From Macrostomum hystrix (taxonomy: Eukaryota; Animalia; Platyhelminthes): a DNA stretch of 64,000 nucleotides. Every line of letters starts with the position of its first letter. Position 1 is the first letter of the stretch. Location of the stretch: NCBI GenBank assembly GCA_950097015.1, contig CATNEN010000010.1:1426001-1490000 (forward strand). The letters run 5' to 3'. The translations under genes and the position numbers were made by a program. Below are positions 35,137 through 47,506 of this stretch, piece after piece. Under the pieces are notes generated by a model. It saw nothing but the letters and a program-made list of their open reading frames with translations, did not search any database and was not told the DNA's origin.

Positions 35137-36421
35137 CCATTATCTCCCTTCATCTTCCATTATCTCCCTTCATCTTCCATTATCTCTCTTCATCTCCTAT
35201 TATCTCCCTTCATCTTCCATTATCCCCCGTCACCTTCTATTATCTCCCTTCATCTCCTATTATCTCCCTTCATCTTCCATTATCTCCCTTCATCTTCCAT
35301 TATCTCTCTTCATCTCCTATTATCTCCCTTCATCTTCCATTATCCCCCGTCACCTTCTATTATCTCCCTTCATCTCCTATTATCTCCCTTCATCTTCCAT
35401 TATCCCCCGTCACCTTCTATTATCTCCCTTCATCTTCCATTATCCCCATCACCTTCTATTATCTCCCTTCATCTTCCATTATCTCCCTTCATATTCCATT
35501 ATCTCCCTTCATCTTCCATTATCTCCATCACCTTCTATTATCTCCCTTCATCTTCCATTATCTCCCTTCATCTTCCATTATCTCCCTTCATCTCCTATTA
35601 TCTCCCTTCATCTTCCATTATCCCCCATCACCTTCTATTATCTCCCTTCATCTTCCATTATCTCCCTTCATCTTCCATTATCTCCCTTCATCTCCTATTA
35701 TCTCCCTTCATCTTCCATTATCTCCTATTATCTCCCTTTATCTTCCATTATCTCCCTTCATCTTCCATTATCTCCTATTATCTCCCTTTATCTTCCATTA
35801 TCTCCCTTCATCTTCCATTATCTCCCTTCATCTTCCATTATCTCCCTTCATCTCCTATTATCTCCCTTCATCTTCCATTATCTCCCTTCATCTCCTATTA
35901 TCCCCCGTCACCTTCTATTATCTCCCTTCATCTTCCATTATCTCCCTTCACTTCCTATTCTCTCCCTTCACTTCCTATTCTCTCCCTTCACTTCCTATTC
36001 TCTCCCTTCACTTCCTATTCTCTCCCTTCACTTCCTATTCTCTCCCTTCACTTCCTATTATCTCCCTTCATCTTCCATTATCTCCCTTCACTTCCTATTC
36101 TCTCCCTTCACTTCCTATTCTCTCCCTTCACTTCCTATTCTCTCCCTTCACTTCCTATTCTCTCCCTTCACTTCCTATTCTCTCCCTTCACTTCCTATTC
36201 TCTCCCTTCACTTCCTATTCTCTCCCTTCATTTCCTATTCTCTCCCTTCATTTCCAATTCTCTCCCTTCATTTCCTATTCTCTCCCTTCATTTCCTATTC
36301 TCTCCCTTCACTTCCTATTCTCTCCCTTCACTTCCTATTCTCTCCCTTCACTTCCTATTCTCTCCCTTCACTTCCTATTCTCTCCCTTCACTTCCAATTC
36401 TCTCCCTTCATTTCCTATTAT
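35137..36421. repeat. ~20-bp pyrimidine-rich minisatellite with polar variant turnover
   Basis: CATTATCTCCCTTCATCTTC dominates on the left and TATTCTCTCCCTTCACTTCC on the right (from ~35945). Confidence 0.95.
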
Positions 36422-36584
36422 CTGCCTTTATTTTAAATTATCACTTTTTATCTCAATTCATCAAACTATCCTCACTACAGACTAATTTTTCACGCTTACA
36501 ATCTCTTCAGAGTCTATCCTTAATTCCTTCCCTTTATCTTTAATATCTTTAATATCTTTAAAAGAATGAATAAGCGGCCATGGA

Positions 36585-36692
36585 ACATGGCTCAGTCGAC
36601 ATGCAGCTAGCTAGCCACACATGGCTCAGTCGACATGCAGCTAGCTAGCCACACATGGCTCAGTCGACATGCAGCTAGCTAGCCACACATGG
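36585..36692. repeat. 34-bp tandem repeat, 3 perfect copies
   Basis: ACATGGCTCAGTCGACATGCAGCTAGCTAGCCAC x3. Confidence 0.95.
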
Positions 36693-37114
36693 AGCAGTTG
36701 AGTTGTGATGAGCGCACACAGCGCTTGTGATAAATTGTCGAGTCCGCTCAGACTACGAAAAGCATTATGCCACACAGTTAATAAATTTATATTTGCATCA
36801 TAATTAGTTCATAATTCATAATTAGTTCATATTCAGCAAATTTAAAACAAACTTGTAACTATTTGAATAACAATTTCGGATTTATTGCGAGTAGAGAAAG
36901 GCGGGTAAGTAACAAAAGCCAAGTTAAAAATTCTGATGCACTGAATTTTTATCTGTCAATTTTTCTGTCAGGTTTTCATTGCAGGCTGGAAGCAATAAGG
37001 GGGTGGGCAGCGGGTCGACATGGAGCGAAAAAACGGTTGATAATCTGAAAAGTAATAAATAACTACGAGTATAAATACAACTATTGCACAGTTACACAAT
37101 GCTGACGTCATGTG

Positions 37115-37411
37115 TCATTCCCAATGTCAGACTCCCTAAAAATAATTTCCTAATGAGATTCTCCCTAAAAAAGGATTTCCCAATGGGATTCTCCCTAAAA
37201 GGGATTTCCCAATGAGATTCTCCCTAAAAAATGATTTCACAATGGGATTCTCCCTAAAAGGAATTTCCCATTAGATTCCCCCTAAAAAAGGATTTCCCAA
37301 TGGGATTCTCCCTAAAAATAATTTCCTCATGAGATTCTCCCTAAAAAGGATTTTCCAATGGGATTCTCCCTACATAGGATTTCCCAATGAGATTCTCCCT
37401 CAAAGGATTTC
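37115..37411. repeat. ~30-bp minisatellite, ~10 copies
   Basis: TTCCCAATGGGATTCTCCCTAAAAAAGGAT-like units. Confidence 0.9.
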
Positions 37412-38048
37412 CCTCTGTGACAGGGAATCTGACAGTTTCCCAAAAAAGAGAAACGCACGCAAAAGGTTACAGTAAATGCATTCATTTGGTCTGTCGGACT
37501 CACAAAGTGATCCAACCAGTAAGTGACAGCTGGCCGAGTATCTGCAGGACTCCAGTTTCATTGAACAAAAAGAAACAAGTGCTTTAAAGCAGTGCAAGCG
37601 CAGTCTCGAGTGTGAATGCATGAACCAGACAAAAAAATTGGGATAATTCTTGAACAGTACAAAAGGACCGAAGAAAAGAGAATAAAAATATGTGAAAGCA
37701 AAAAGCCAGAGTGTAAAACAGGACTAGGGAAGTAAGCGTACAGTTAATTGCAGTTAATAGACTCGGATAAGTATATTTGCAACAGATAAAAGCAGGGCCA
37801 CTCACCGTGCTGCACTGCTGACAGTAGGCAGAGTAGCGAATTTGCCTATATTTAAAACAAAAAAGTAATAAAGCAAGAGCGGTGCCAGCGGACACAATCA
37901 GCTGAAATTTGCCAGATCGAAATGGAAAAATCGATACGGGAGGGAGGCGGTAAAAAATAAGGACACCATTAAGCTTTAAATAAACAGCTGATTAGGAGTG
38001 ACTCTAACAGTATGCTAAATGTGCCAACTGCACTGGTGGGTCAGTGGG

Positions 38049-38302
38049 TCAGTTGTGCTGGAACCGGTTGACCAAGTTTGCCACGGTGCCGCGTCGTGGT
38101 CGCTCCTCAACTTCCTCGGCGCCGCCGGTGCCGGTAGGCGCGCCGGAGCCTTCGCTGACGGCTAGCGGCGCCGGCTGCGGAGGAGGCGGAGGCGCGGCCC
38201 TGTTGCCGGCGCCGGTCTGGGGTCGCGGCGGCTTGGCAGGCGGATCCAGCAGAGCCCGCTTCCAGTAGAGATTCTCCTGAGACCAGTCTTGGGTGCGGCG
38301 CC

Positions 38303-38333
<31 letters not shown>

Positions 38334-41300
38334 ATGCTGGGACTTATTAGCTTCATCATCATCAGCGTACGGCAACGACTCAAGGACGTGGGCGGCCGTC
38401 ATGGATTGCTGCTGCTGCTGCTGCTGACCACCGGGCGGCGGCGATGGAGCTTTGCGCGACTTGGTGGCGCTTCGTCGGACCACGGGGGCACTGGTCGGAG
38501 CCGAGGACTGCAGGGTGGGCTGCGTCAACGCCTGCTGATCACCGTTGCTATGAGGTTGCCGGGCTGTCGGCTGAGCAGTTGGCGGCGGTGGCGGCCGAGC
38601 GCCCGACGGCAGTCGAAAGCCAGGCGCAATGGCGCCATTCAAGATGTCGCTCTCGTGCTTCGCCCGGGCGTCCTTGTTGGCGAAGGAACGAATAAACTTC
38701 TGCACGCTACCACCGTCGCCGCCTCCGCCTCCGCCCCCGCCGCCGTCCGCGCCTCCACCATTGGCTCCGCCAGTGGCGACGGGAATCTTAGGTGCTGGCG
38801 GCGCAGGAGCGCGGGATCGCCGAGTCTGCTGCTGCTGCAGCTGCTGCTGCTGCTTTTGCTGGGCAGGCAGGAAAACACCGCTATCCGATGAGGCAGAGTC
38901 GTTGCGCTTTAGGTGTAGAAGCGAAGCTGCTGGAGCTGCAGCATTGGCGGTAGCGGACGAAGCAGGAGCTGCGGCCTGGCCGGTTCCGCTGCTGCCGCCA
39001 TTTCCAGTGTTTGCTGAGGAATTTTTGCGCCAGGCGGATTTGATCTCACCGAGAACGGCGCTGACTACAGATTGGCTGCGCTGCTGCTTGGTTGGTTGCT
39101 GCTGCTGCTCAGTCACCTGAATTATTCGAGTAGGAGTGGCAGCCGCCGGCCCGACGCCGAACGAGGTTGCGATGCGGCTGACAATTCGCCTCGGCGACGA
39201 GTCCGCTGACGATGGCGGCGTGTTGCCCAGGGAGCCACCGCCGCCGCCTGCCTGGTCGTTGCCGTTGCCGTTGCCGGAGGTCGTGTCGACGCGCAGTTGC
39301 CGCAGTGGCCGCAGAATTTCATCGATGTCAGTTTCGGTAAGGGCGATTTTTTTCTTGGTCTTTTCGATGTACTTTTCGTAGGCGCGGCCGAACACCACAT
39401 TGTCGTAGTTGCCTTTCGGACAGTGGATGTAGAGCGGCGAGGACTCGCCCTTTGCACAGCCGTTGCTGCCTGCGGGTGCCGAAGCCGCCGCCGCCGCAGC
39501 AGCAGCAGCCGCCGCTGCAGTAGCCGCAGCGGAAACGGCGGCCGAGGCGGCAGTGGATTTGTCGATAGCGGCGCGCAGGATGTCGCTGCCGCGACCGGCG
39601 CTCGGCTGCCTGCGGTGGCCGGCCGCGGCGAAACCGGCTCTTGGCGAGGTGCCGTAGATGACAGCTGCGGTCGAAGAGCCTGTGACCCCGAGCACCTCCT
39701 CGTTGATCTCGATGGCAATGGAAGTGAAGTCAGCGTCTGGCCCGGCCAACAGACCGCCAACGGCGGCGCCGGCTTCGCCATCCGTCTCGCCCGAGCTGTC
39801 CGAGGAAGAGCCGCAGCTGCGCGGGAGGAAAAAGTTGACATGCCAGATTTTTCTAAGAATATTTAGGATTAAAAGCTGAGAGAAAGGCTTTTCTACAGTG
39901 GGATTTATTTGGCAACTGGTGGGATAACACAGTAGGGCCATTTTGTTGGTTAATAAAAAATTCAATGAATCGAGGTGACACCGCAATGAATGAGGCGCTT
40001 ATTTAAATCTCCCATTCGAAGGGGGTCTGATTTGCTAGTCCTATATACTAAAGGTATTATATTTAACCTAGTCACTTACCGAGTGGTTCTATTAAAGATC
40101 TCTTTGAGCGCCTCCTCGTGATACCGCAGCAGGTCGCCGAGATCCTCGGTGCTGGAATAGCAGCGTGACACGGGCCGGGAGCGCTGCAGCTGTCCGGGCT
40201 CCAGCAGTTCGTCCGAGTTGTTCCGGCGCAACAGGCCAGAAGCGGACGCGGAACCGGCGACTGTAGGCCGCTCGGGCGAGGAGATGTGCAGCTCGCGCCG
40301 GCCGGACGAGGATCGGTTCCGGCGCCGGCGGGCCGAATTCGGCGATGACGGCGGCTGCGAGTTGGCCGGCGCCGTGCTGCCGTTGCAGTTCTGCTGCATG
40401 AGCTCGCTCATGTTTAGCACAATATGCTTAGCCTTCTCAGGAATGGTGGCCTCGTAGTTCTCAATGATCAGCCGCTTGATGTCGCGACACCACTGGGCCT
40501 TCTGGTCTAGCCGGCGTGCCTGTAGAGTCAGCTGGCATTTTGGATTGTCGAAAGGCAGAATGTGGAAGCTCAGCTGCTCCTTGGGGATGGACTCGATGAG
40601 CATGAGGTTAGCGCAGCGGATGATCTCCTTAATGGCCAGGCAGCCGCTCTGCAGGCGTTTGGTGAGCAGGATGGCTTTGTGGAACAGGAACACCTGCCTG
40701 GCACCCTTGTGGCCGTGAATTCGGAAGCTGTCCTCTCGCACCAGCTCGCCCAGGCTGCCGATGTCCAGGTGGGCGGACTTCAGCAACGACTTCAGTTCCT
40801 CGACGCGCAGAGCATGCTCGTGGCGCCGCTGCACTTCGTTGATATCCGACGCGATGCCCGTCATGCCATCCAGGGCCGCCTTCACGTGACGGTCTGCGTC
40901 ACCTCCTGGGGCGGATTTCTGCAGGCTCTGTGGGTGGAGAGGGCGGTTTTCTGTGGGCTCTGTGGGTGGAGAGTGCGGTTTTCTGCAGGCTCTGTGGGTG
41001 GAGAGGGCGGTTTTCTGTGGGCTCTGTGGGTGGAAAGGGGCGGATTTCTGCAGGCTCTGTGGGTGGAGAGGGCGGTTTTCTGTGGGCTCTGTGGGTGGAG
41101 AGGGCGGTTTTCTGCAGGCTCTGTGGGTGGAGAGGGCGGTTTTCTGCAGGCTCTGTGGGTGGAGAGGGCGGTTTTCTGTGGGCTCTGTCGGTGGAAAGGG
41201 GCGGATTTCTGCAGGTTCTGTGGGTGGAGAGGGCGGTTTTCTGTGGGCTCTGTGGGTGGAAAGGGGCGGATTTCTGTGGGCTCTGTGGGTGGAAAGGGGC

Positions 41301-43143
41301 GGATTTCTGTGGGCTCAGTGGGTGGAGGAGCAGATTTCTATGGTCTCTGTGGAAGGAAACGCAAACATAAGATAACTTACCATTAGCAGCAGGTGATATT
41401 TGAGTATCCGTTGCACCGGTTTGAGCAGGTAAGTCTGCAAAGGCAGACTTAGCTCCAAGGCCTGCTGCCGAGCGCACAGGTAGGCCCGAGCCTCAGGCTG
41501 AGATTGCACTTCGTCCAGGTGGGCCAGCGAGCTAAGTAGGGAAATGGAAATAGTTCTAGGTGCGCACCTCAATAGATAGAATTTCAGGGTGAACGTTATG
41601 CCTATGAAATCTAGTTAGTAATCTAACCACTAAAAAAGAATCCTAATTATGCGTGCCCAACTCACCTGGGAAAGTTGGTGCAGTAGGCGCCGTACTGCTG
41701 AAAGCCGGCAAGGCTCTCTACAAACACCTGCGAGAAGTCGCGCAGGCTGCGCTGATGCCGTTCCAGACGGCGCAGGAGGCCGCGGTGAAAATCACAGAGG
41801 CTCTCGAGGTTGCTGAAGATGGTCTGCACCGAGTCCTCGGAGAACAGCTGCTGCTCCAGCTTCATCGGTGATACGTAGCCCTGGAGAGTGGGACATGCCG
41901 GTGGCAGTGAATCACTCTATGAGCACCTCAAAGCAGCTGCGGACTATCTGCACTGTAAAGCCCAATCTCAAAAATCCCTCACAATCTCAAGAAATCACAG
42001 CCGATCTCATGAGATCCCTGCGAATCTCATGACGTCCCTTACAATATCATAACATCTCCCACATCTCATGACAGCCCTGCAAATCTCATTAAATCCCTCA
42101 CAATGTCATGACATCCCTGTTAATCTCAAAAGAATCGATCCACAATCGCTTTAATAGTTGCGAAATCTCAATAAATCTCAGCCACTCTAAATCTCAGCCA
42201 TAAATCGAATGCCACACAGAATCCACATTAAATCCCTCAAAATCATATCAAATTCAACTGAGGTCGGCCGTCCGCCACTCACATCCACCAGCACTCCCAG
42301 GTCCTTGACGTAGGCGGCCTCCGTGGTGACGATTTCGGCCACCACGCGCTGCCACGGCTCGGCAGCAGCGCCGCCCAAGCCGGCGCCATCGAAGCCGCCG
42401 CCGGGACCGCTGCCGACAGGCAGGGAGCAGGAGGAGCCGCCGGCGCCCTGCATGGCAGTGGAGGCCGGCATGCTGGTAATGGGCTGCTGGCGCAGGCTGC
42501 TTGAGCTGCTGCGGCTGGTCTGCAATGCGGCCGCCGCTGCTGCTGGTTCTTCTTCTTCTAGAGGCTGCTGCTGCTGCTGTTGCTGTGGAGGAGGCGGTGG
42601 CTGCCTTGCCTTGGATCTGGCTGGCAAGGTCTGATAGCCCCTATTAGCAATGAACGACTGACTGGCTGACTGGACGGCCGTGTGCTGCGGGCTGAAAGAC
42701 TTCTGTGATGACTGCTGCTGCTGCTGCTGCTGATCTGCCGGAGGCGCCGGTGGCTGAGCCCGAGACTGTCGGCTGCTGGCAGTGGCAAGCGAAGCGGACG
42801 CCCTGCGCCCAATGAAGTGCTGCTGCCGGTTGGTCAGCACCACAACGTCTGTGGGATCGAGCAGGTCGTCCAAATCCTCCTCGTCCTCCTCGCCTTCCTC
42901 TGCTTCGTTGTCCGCCTCGTCGCCTTCGGCCGAATCCGAGCCGCTGACTGACTCGATTGTATTTTTGGCGTGAACGCCGGCTGCTGACTGGCGCGACGGC
43001 GGCGGCGGCGGCGTTCGGGTGGCCTTGGTCTCGAACTCAGTTAGAACGTTCGACGTGAGGTCAAGGGACGAGCCTGCGCGATCGGTTTGGCGAGTGAGAC
43101 ACAAATTGGGCTCCTTGCCGCTGCTTTGGAAATAGAGGCGCAC
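38049..43143 (-). CDS. PLEKHG: DH-PH RhoGEF of the PLEKHG1/2/3 type. Exons (minus strand): ~43140..42283, 41880..41666, 41531..41381, 40927..40080, 39816..38049; 5' exons uncertain
   Basis: [57 protein letters not shown], and a PH domain ([10 protein letters not shown]...[12 protein letters not shown]). Phases 0, 2, 0, 2 join with GT-AG. Long Gln/Ala/Pro-rich C-terminal tail. Confidence 0.9.
40908..41350. repeat. 32/33-bp minisatellite, ~14 units, filling a RhoGEF intron and overlapping its 3' splice site
   Basis: On the sense (minus) strand each unit reads ...TCCACCCACAG|AGCC(TG/CA)CAGAAA(A/T)CCGCCC. Confidence 0.95.
41975..42245. repeat. Degenerate ~19-20-bp intronic repeat
   Basis: AATCTCATGACATCCCT-like units. 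Confidence 0.65.
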
Positions 43144-43405
43144 TGCCTAGTTACTGCTGCTGGCCACGGGGATTGGCTGGGGGGATGAGCGGGTCAGGAG
43201 AGGAAGAGAGAGCAGTTTGAAAAGAACGCGCCCTTTCGCACCAAACTGAAACTCGACTGAATTCGCACAGCGCACAGCTTTCTAAGCCGCTCCAGCGCCC
43301 TGCCCGGCAAGGCCAAGGCGCGGATGGGAAAATTTGCGCATGACTAGGAAAAGTAGAGAGAGAGGGGGTAGGGAGAGGGAAGGGAGGCAAAGGACTGCTG
43401 CATTT

Positions 43406-43406
<1 letters not shown>

Positions 43407-43453
<47 letters not shown>
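43407..43453. repeat. (AC)n microsatellite, ~23 units
   Basis: Seen directly in the sequence. Confidence 0.98.
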
Positions 43454-43454
<1 letters not shown>

Positions 43455-44589
43455 GTGATTTTCAGCTCGTCATGCAAGAGACAGAAAAAGAAGAGGGAAG
43501 TTGGCCAGGATGATTACGTAACAGGAGGGGAAGCCCCAGGAATGAGGGGCATGGAGGCCAAGTGCACTGGATAGGGAGGGGCCGCGGACAGGCAGGCATT
43601 TTAATATCCACTGAGCTGAGCCTCGACTGGAGACATTCTAAGTCTTCTAAGAATAATAGATATTTAATATGCCGACGATCCCGAGTTCGAATCCGCGAAG
43701 CCGAATGTTTAGAAAAGGCCTTAAATAAAGCTGAACTTACAACCACAAAACCCTGCACATGCAGTGGCCTGTCCAGGAATGAATGAAAAGCCAGCCACGA
43801 AAAACCCTCTGCCCATTATTTCAACCTTTTGTTAAACCCTCCGGATGGCATCCGAGCCTGCACTTTTGTGAGGACAAAGCCTGGTGGGTGGCTGTACAGG
43901 CAGCCGAGGGATGCAAACCTGGTGGATTCAGTGGCCGTACGAGCGTATCAGGCAGCGGTGCCGGCTGGCGCAGAGAAAGGCATAGAGGAGAAGCTGGGAG
44001 ACGGAACAGGGCGGGGATCGAAATGGCAGCGCTCGGCATTCCGCATTTTCAAATATGCGGACCCAAGACAGAGACGGGATTCGCAGGGGATTAGTAGGGA
44101 GCCGTCAGTTAGCGGGGAGTTTTCGAGGCTGCCCTCCCCCAGACCCAGTAAGAAATTCCGTCATACTAGCTCGCATATAAACAACATGTTAGAATTCATA
44201 CATAGGGTACAAGAACTACTTAACTGGCGGAGTTGCAAGTAGTCAGTTGCCAATTTTTCGTTATGAAATAATAGTTAAATAAATAAAACATTGGATTATC
44301 CAGCAGAGTCAGGGCCAAGCCACGGGGGAACTGCGGCCAGAGAGGCAACTCGATTTGAGCACTTTTACTGTCTGTCACTCCCCTCTCACATTCTCTCCAA
44401 CTCAGCCTCACACACTCAGCTGAGGCCGCACTCGGGTGCGGGGGTGGCTGAGAGGCTGAGGCCAGTTGCGATGGAAATCGAAAAAAGCTCTCGGCGGAAT
44501 TCTTGGTCCGCCGTCTGCACCATGCGGCACTTTGCTCACAACTGGCAATGTGAAAGCTGCTGACTTTGGGCAGGCCGAGAGAGTGGGGA

Positions 44590-44940
44590 TGCGTGAGACC
44601 GGTGACGGGAGGGTGAGACAGGAGGGGATGAGACACGAGAGGGTGAGACAAGAGAGTTGACTGGAGGAATGAGATAGGAGGGGTGAAACAGTAGGGGATG
44701 AAACAGTAGGGAGACAGGAGATGGTGAGACTAGAGGGGATGAGATAGGAGAGGGTGAGACAAGACGGGATGAGATAGGAGAGGTGAAACAGTAGGGGGTG
44801 AGACTAGACTAGAGGGGATGAGACAGGAGGGGATTAGACAGTAGAGGGTGAGACTAGAGGGGATTAGACAGTAGAGGGTGAGACTAGAGGGGATTAGACA
44901 GTAGAGGGTGAGAGAAGAGATGAGAGGGTGAGACTAGAGA
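44590..44940. repeat. ~19-bp purine-rich degenerate minisatellite
   Basis: GAGACAGGAGGGGAT / GAGACTAGAGGGGAT units. Confidence 0.85.
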
Positions 44941-45544
44941 TAAGAGTGTGGTATCACGGGGTTATGGCAGTTCAACAAAATCGACTGAAGCACCAAGACC
45001 TACAAGAAAAAAACTCTATTCAATACAAACCATATCCCTCCCAGACAACAAGCAATGACCCGCTGGAGCGGGGAGAAGGAAGGCAGAGAGAGAGTGTGTG
45101 TGGAACTGAATCTCGCCCAGCACGCAGGCACTCCCCCGCTGTCCCTTCAGATATGTCGCAGCTGATTCGCACGCCAGTTGCAGTCAGCAGGGAGTGAGTC
45201 ATTTCTGTGCACTTTTGCGCAATGAGCGGGGCATTGCACGCCACAAGAAAACCCAGCCAGGGAGAATGAGTCAGCGGCAAGTATCAATGACTGATTGATA
45301 AATATGCAGTCAATCTAACGGCTGCACCTGGCCTAAATAATTGTTTAAGCAGAGCCAAGTGCAGTCAATACCAGTCGCAGGGTTCCATCAATAGACATGT
45401 GTGTTCTGCTCCAAATACTTAACTTGCGTCATACTAAAAGTTAAAAAAACTTTTTAACTGTTTATTGAACAGACTAATAAACTATTACCACTTTATGATA
45501 ATGACCGCCAAAATAGTTAAGTGAGGGGTAATTATCAGAGATGT

Positions 45545-46024
45545 AGGATGATGGCTAATGACCGAAATGAAGACAGGTAGTTTGAGGGGTAATGACCTAC
45601 CTTAAGACAGGTAGTTTGAGGGGTAATGACCGACATAAAGACAGGTAGTTTGAGGCGTAATGACCTACCTTAAGACAGGTAGTTGAGGGCTAATTACCTA
45701 CCCTAAGACAGGTAGTTTGAGGCGTAATGATCTACCTTAAGACAGGTAGTTTGAGGGGTAATGACCGACATAAAGACAGGTAGTTTGAGGGGTAATGACC
45801 GACATGAAAACGTGTTTAAGGGGTAACGACCGACCTGAAGACAGTTGATTAAGGGGTAATGACCTGAAGACAGGTGTTTAAGGATTAATGACCTACATGA
45901 ACACAGGTGTTTAAGGACTAATGACCTACAGGAAGACATGTGTTTAAGGGGTAATGACTTGAAGACAGGTGTTTAAGGACTAATGACCTACAGGAAGACA
46001 TGTGTTTAAGGAGTAATGACCGAC
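45545..46024. repeat. ~33-bp degenerate minisatellite
   Basis: AAGACAGGTAGTTTGAGGGGTAATGACCTACCTT grading into AAGACAGGTGTTTAAGGACTAATGACCTACAGG. Confidence 0.88.
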
Positions 46025-46120
46025 CAAAAAACTGTTCTGTGAAGGAAACAGAATGAGAGTTGAGAGTTTATGGCACAGATCGCGGCCTTAGCAACTGACT
46101 CATCTGGACATCATGCTCAC

Positions 46121-46319
46121 CAAAAAAATCGGTCCAATTATTCAGTGAGACGATGCTCTTGCAGGACACTCCTCGTTCCTGAGCTGCTGCTGCTGCGGCG
46201 GCGGCTGCTGCACCCGAACCAGCGAATCTACTGGCGGGTCCGCCTGGCTTTTTGGAGCGCAAGCTAACGGGACCGCTCAACAGCTGCTGCTGCTGCTGCG
46301 GATGTGGCGGCTTCTCCAT
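46121..46319 (-). CDS. Candidate upstream first coding exon of the RhoGEF
   Basis: ATG 46319 starts MEKPPHPQQQQQ...[11 protein letters not shown], the same composition as the RhoGEF. It ends in a strong phase-1 donor, TTTG|GTGAGC. Linkage to the RhoGEF is not demonstrated. Confidence 0.4.
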
Positions 46320-47361
46320 GTTGACGGTTTCAGGGCTAGGTGAAACATCTAACAGGCTGTGTTAGTGGTGGCCAATAGATCAGGACAAGCAATCATTCGA
46401 CAAGCTGGATTAGATTTCAGATGCAGCCAGCTGGCGGGATGGACTTGCAAATATACACGCGAACTGAAATGGCAGGTGAAAAAACTAAATTAAATACTCC
46501 TTCCAGTGTATTGATGTACTGGGAACTTTTTAACACAAAGATGTACAAGACATATATAAAAATAGAGCCAATTTATCGAAATATTTACCAGCACTCGATA
46601 CAGGAAACGGTAATCAATATAATTTTCGCTTCTGTCTCGAAGGTGCCCCGCGGCAATTATAATTTAGCTGACTGCCCACCCCTTCGACAGTCAAATTAAT
46701 TAGGCCATAAAATAGGCAATGAAAGCACGGCAAGCAGCACTCCAAGCCAGGTGGCAACTGCACAGAAGCAGCGACCTCTCCTATTACAATCGAGCCAATC
46801 TGCTATGAGAAATTGTTTGTCCCAGTTTCTGGGCATTGGCGCGATGGCCGCCAACAGAAAATATTCTCTGCTACACGGCCGAGCACTGGATTATCACCAG
46901 GAAAATGCAACTCTAGCAATTCTTGAGTGCGCGAGTGTTATCCCAAAATAGCATCTGGAAAACATCTGGACGGGAATACGAAGGCCTGAATCTCGGAGCT
47001 GGCGAGTCCCCTCCCGCCTAAGGCATTGCTTTTCCGGACCCACTTAGGACTGACTGGCTGTCGCTCATTTGCACCCGCAAATAGAAAGTTAAGAGGCAGC
47101 ACGTTGACAAAGAACACTGATAACTTCCTTTGTCGAAGAAGGCATTTTTTATAGCTATAGCTTTATCTGAAAGTAGAATGAATTCTCTACATCTGAGCTA
47201 GAGCTTGTGTGAGCATCTGTGAATGTAAGTGAGCAGCGCTCAAATGAAAGTTAATGTGTCCAATCTCTCCAGTGTTGTCTTTGGATCTTGTCTTCTACAT
47301 ACAGCTTCGCTGGCACCAACTTTAAAGTTTCGAATCGCGGATCATATAATACGAGCCACAT

Positions 47362-47506
47362 TATATTGCTCATCTAGCCAAGTGTTTAGAGCGTCGGACT
47401 CACGAATTAAAGGTCGGGAGTTCGATTCTTGACTCCACTAGAACATTTTATTCCCCTTTAGCATGACAATTAACTAACTCTGCATTGCTTCAGCTCGCCC
47501 AGCTGG
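47362..47506 (+). mobile_element. tRNA-derived SINE copy
   Basis: A-box-like TAGCCAAGTGT and B box GTTCGATTC (47420-47428). The body TTTAGCATGACAATTAACT...GCTTCAGCTCGCCCAGCTG resembles the copy at 52810-53018. Confidence 0.65.

Noticed and set aside
40562-41477. ORFs of 140-274 aa across the RhoGEF intron
   Set aside because: Translations of the 32/33-bp repeat.
16390-43143. Functional clustering of PAK with a Rac/Cdc42-type GEF
   Set aside because: Both families are large and unrelated genes intervene, so proximity alone is not evidence.
43462-44660. Several 70-140-aa ORFs as extra RhoGEF exons or separate genes
   Set aside because: No domain signal, and splice phases could not be resolved uniquely. 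A possible exon near 44400-44566 (-) remains untested.
17566-46024. Rule that the pyrimidine-rich strand of each minisatellite is the sense strand
   Set aside because: It holds for several arrays but fails for the 35-mer, the PAK 16-mer and the 41975 repeat.
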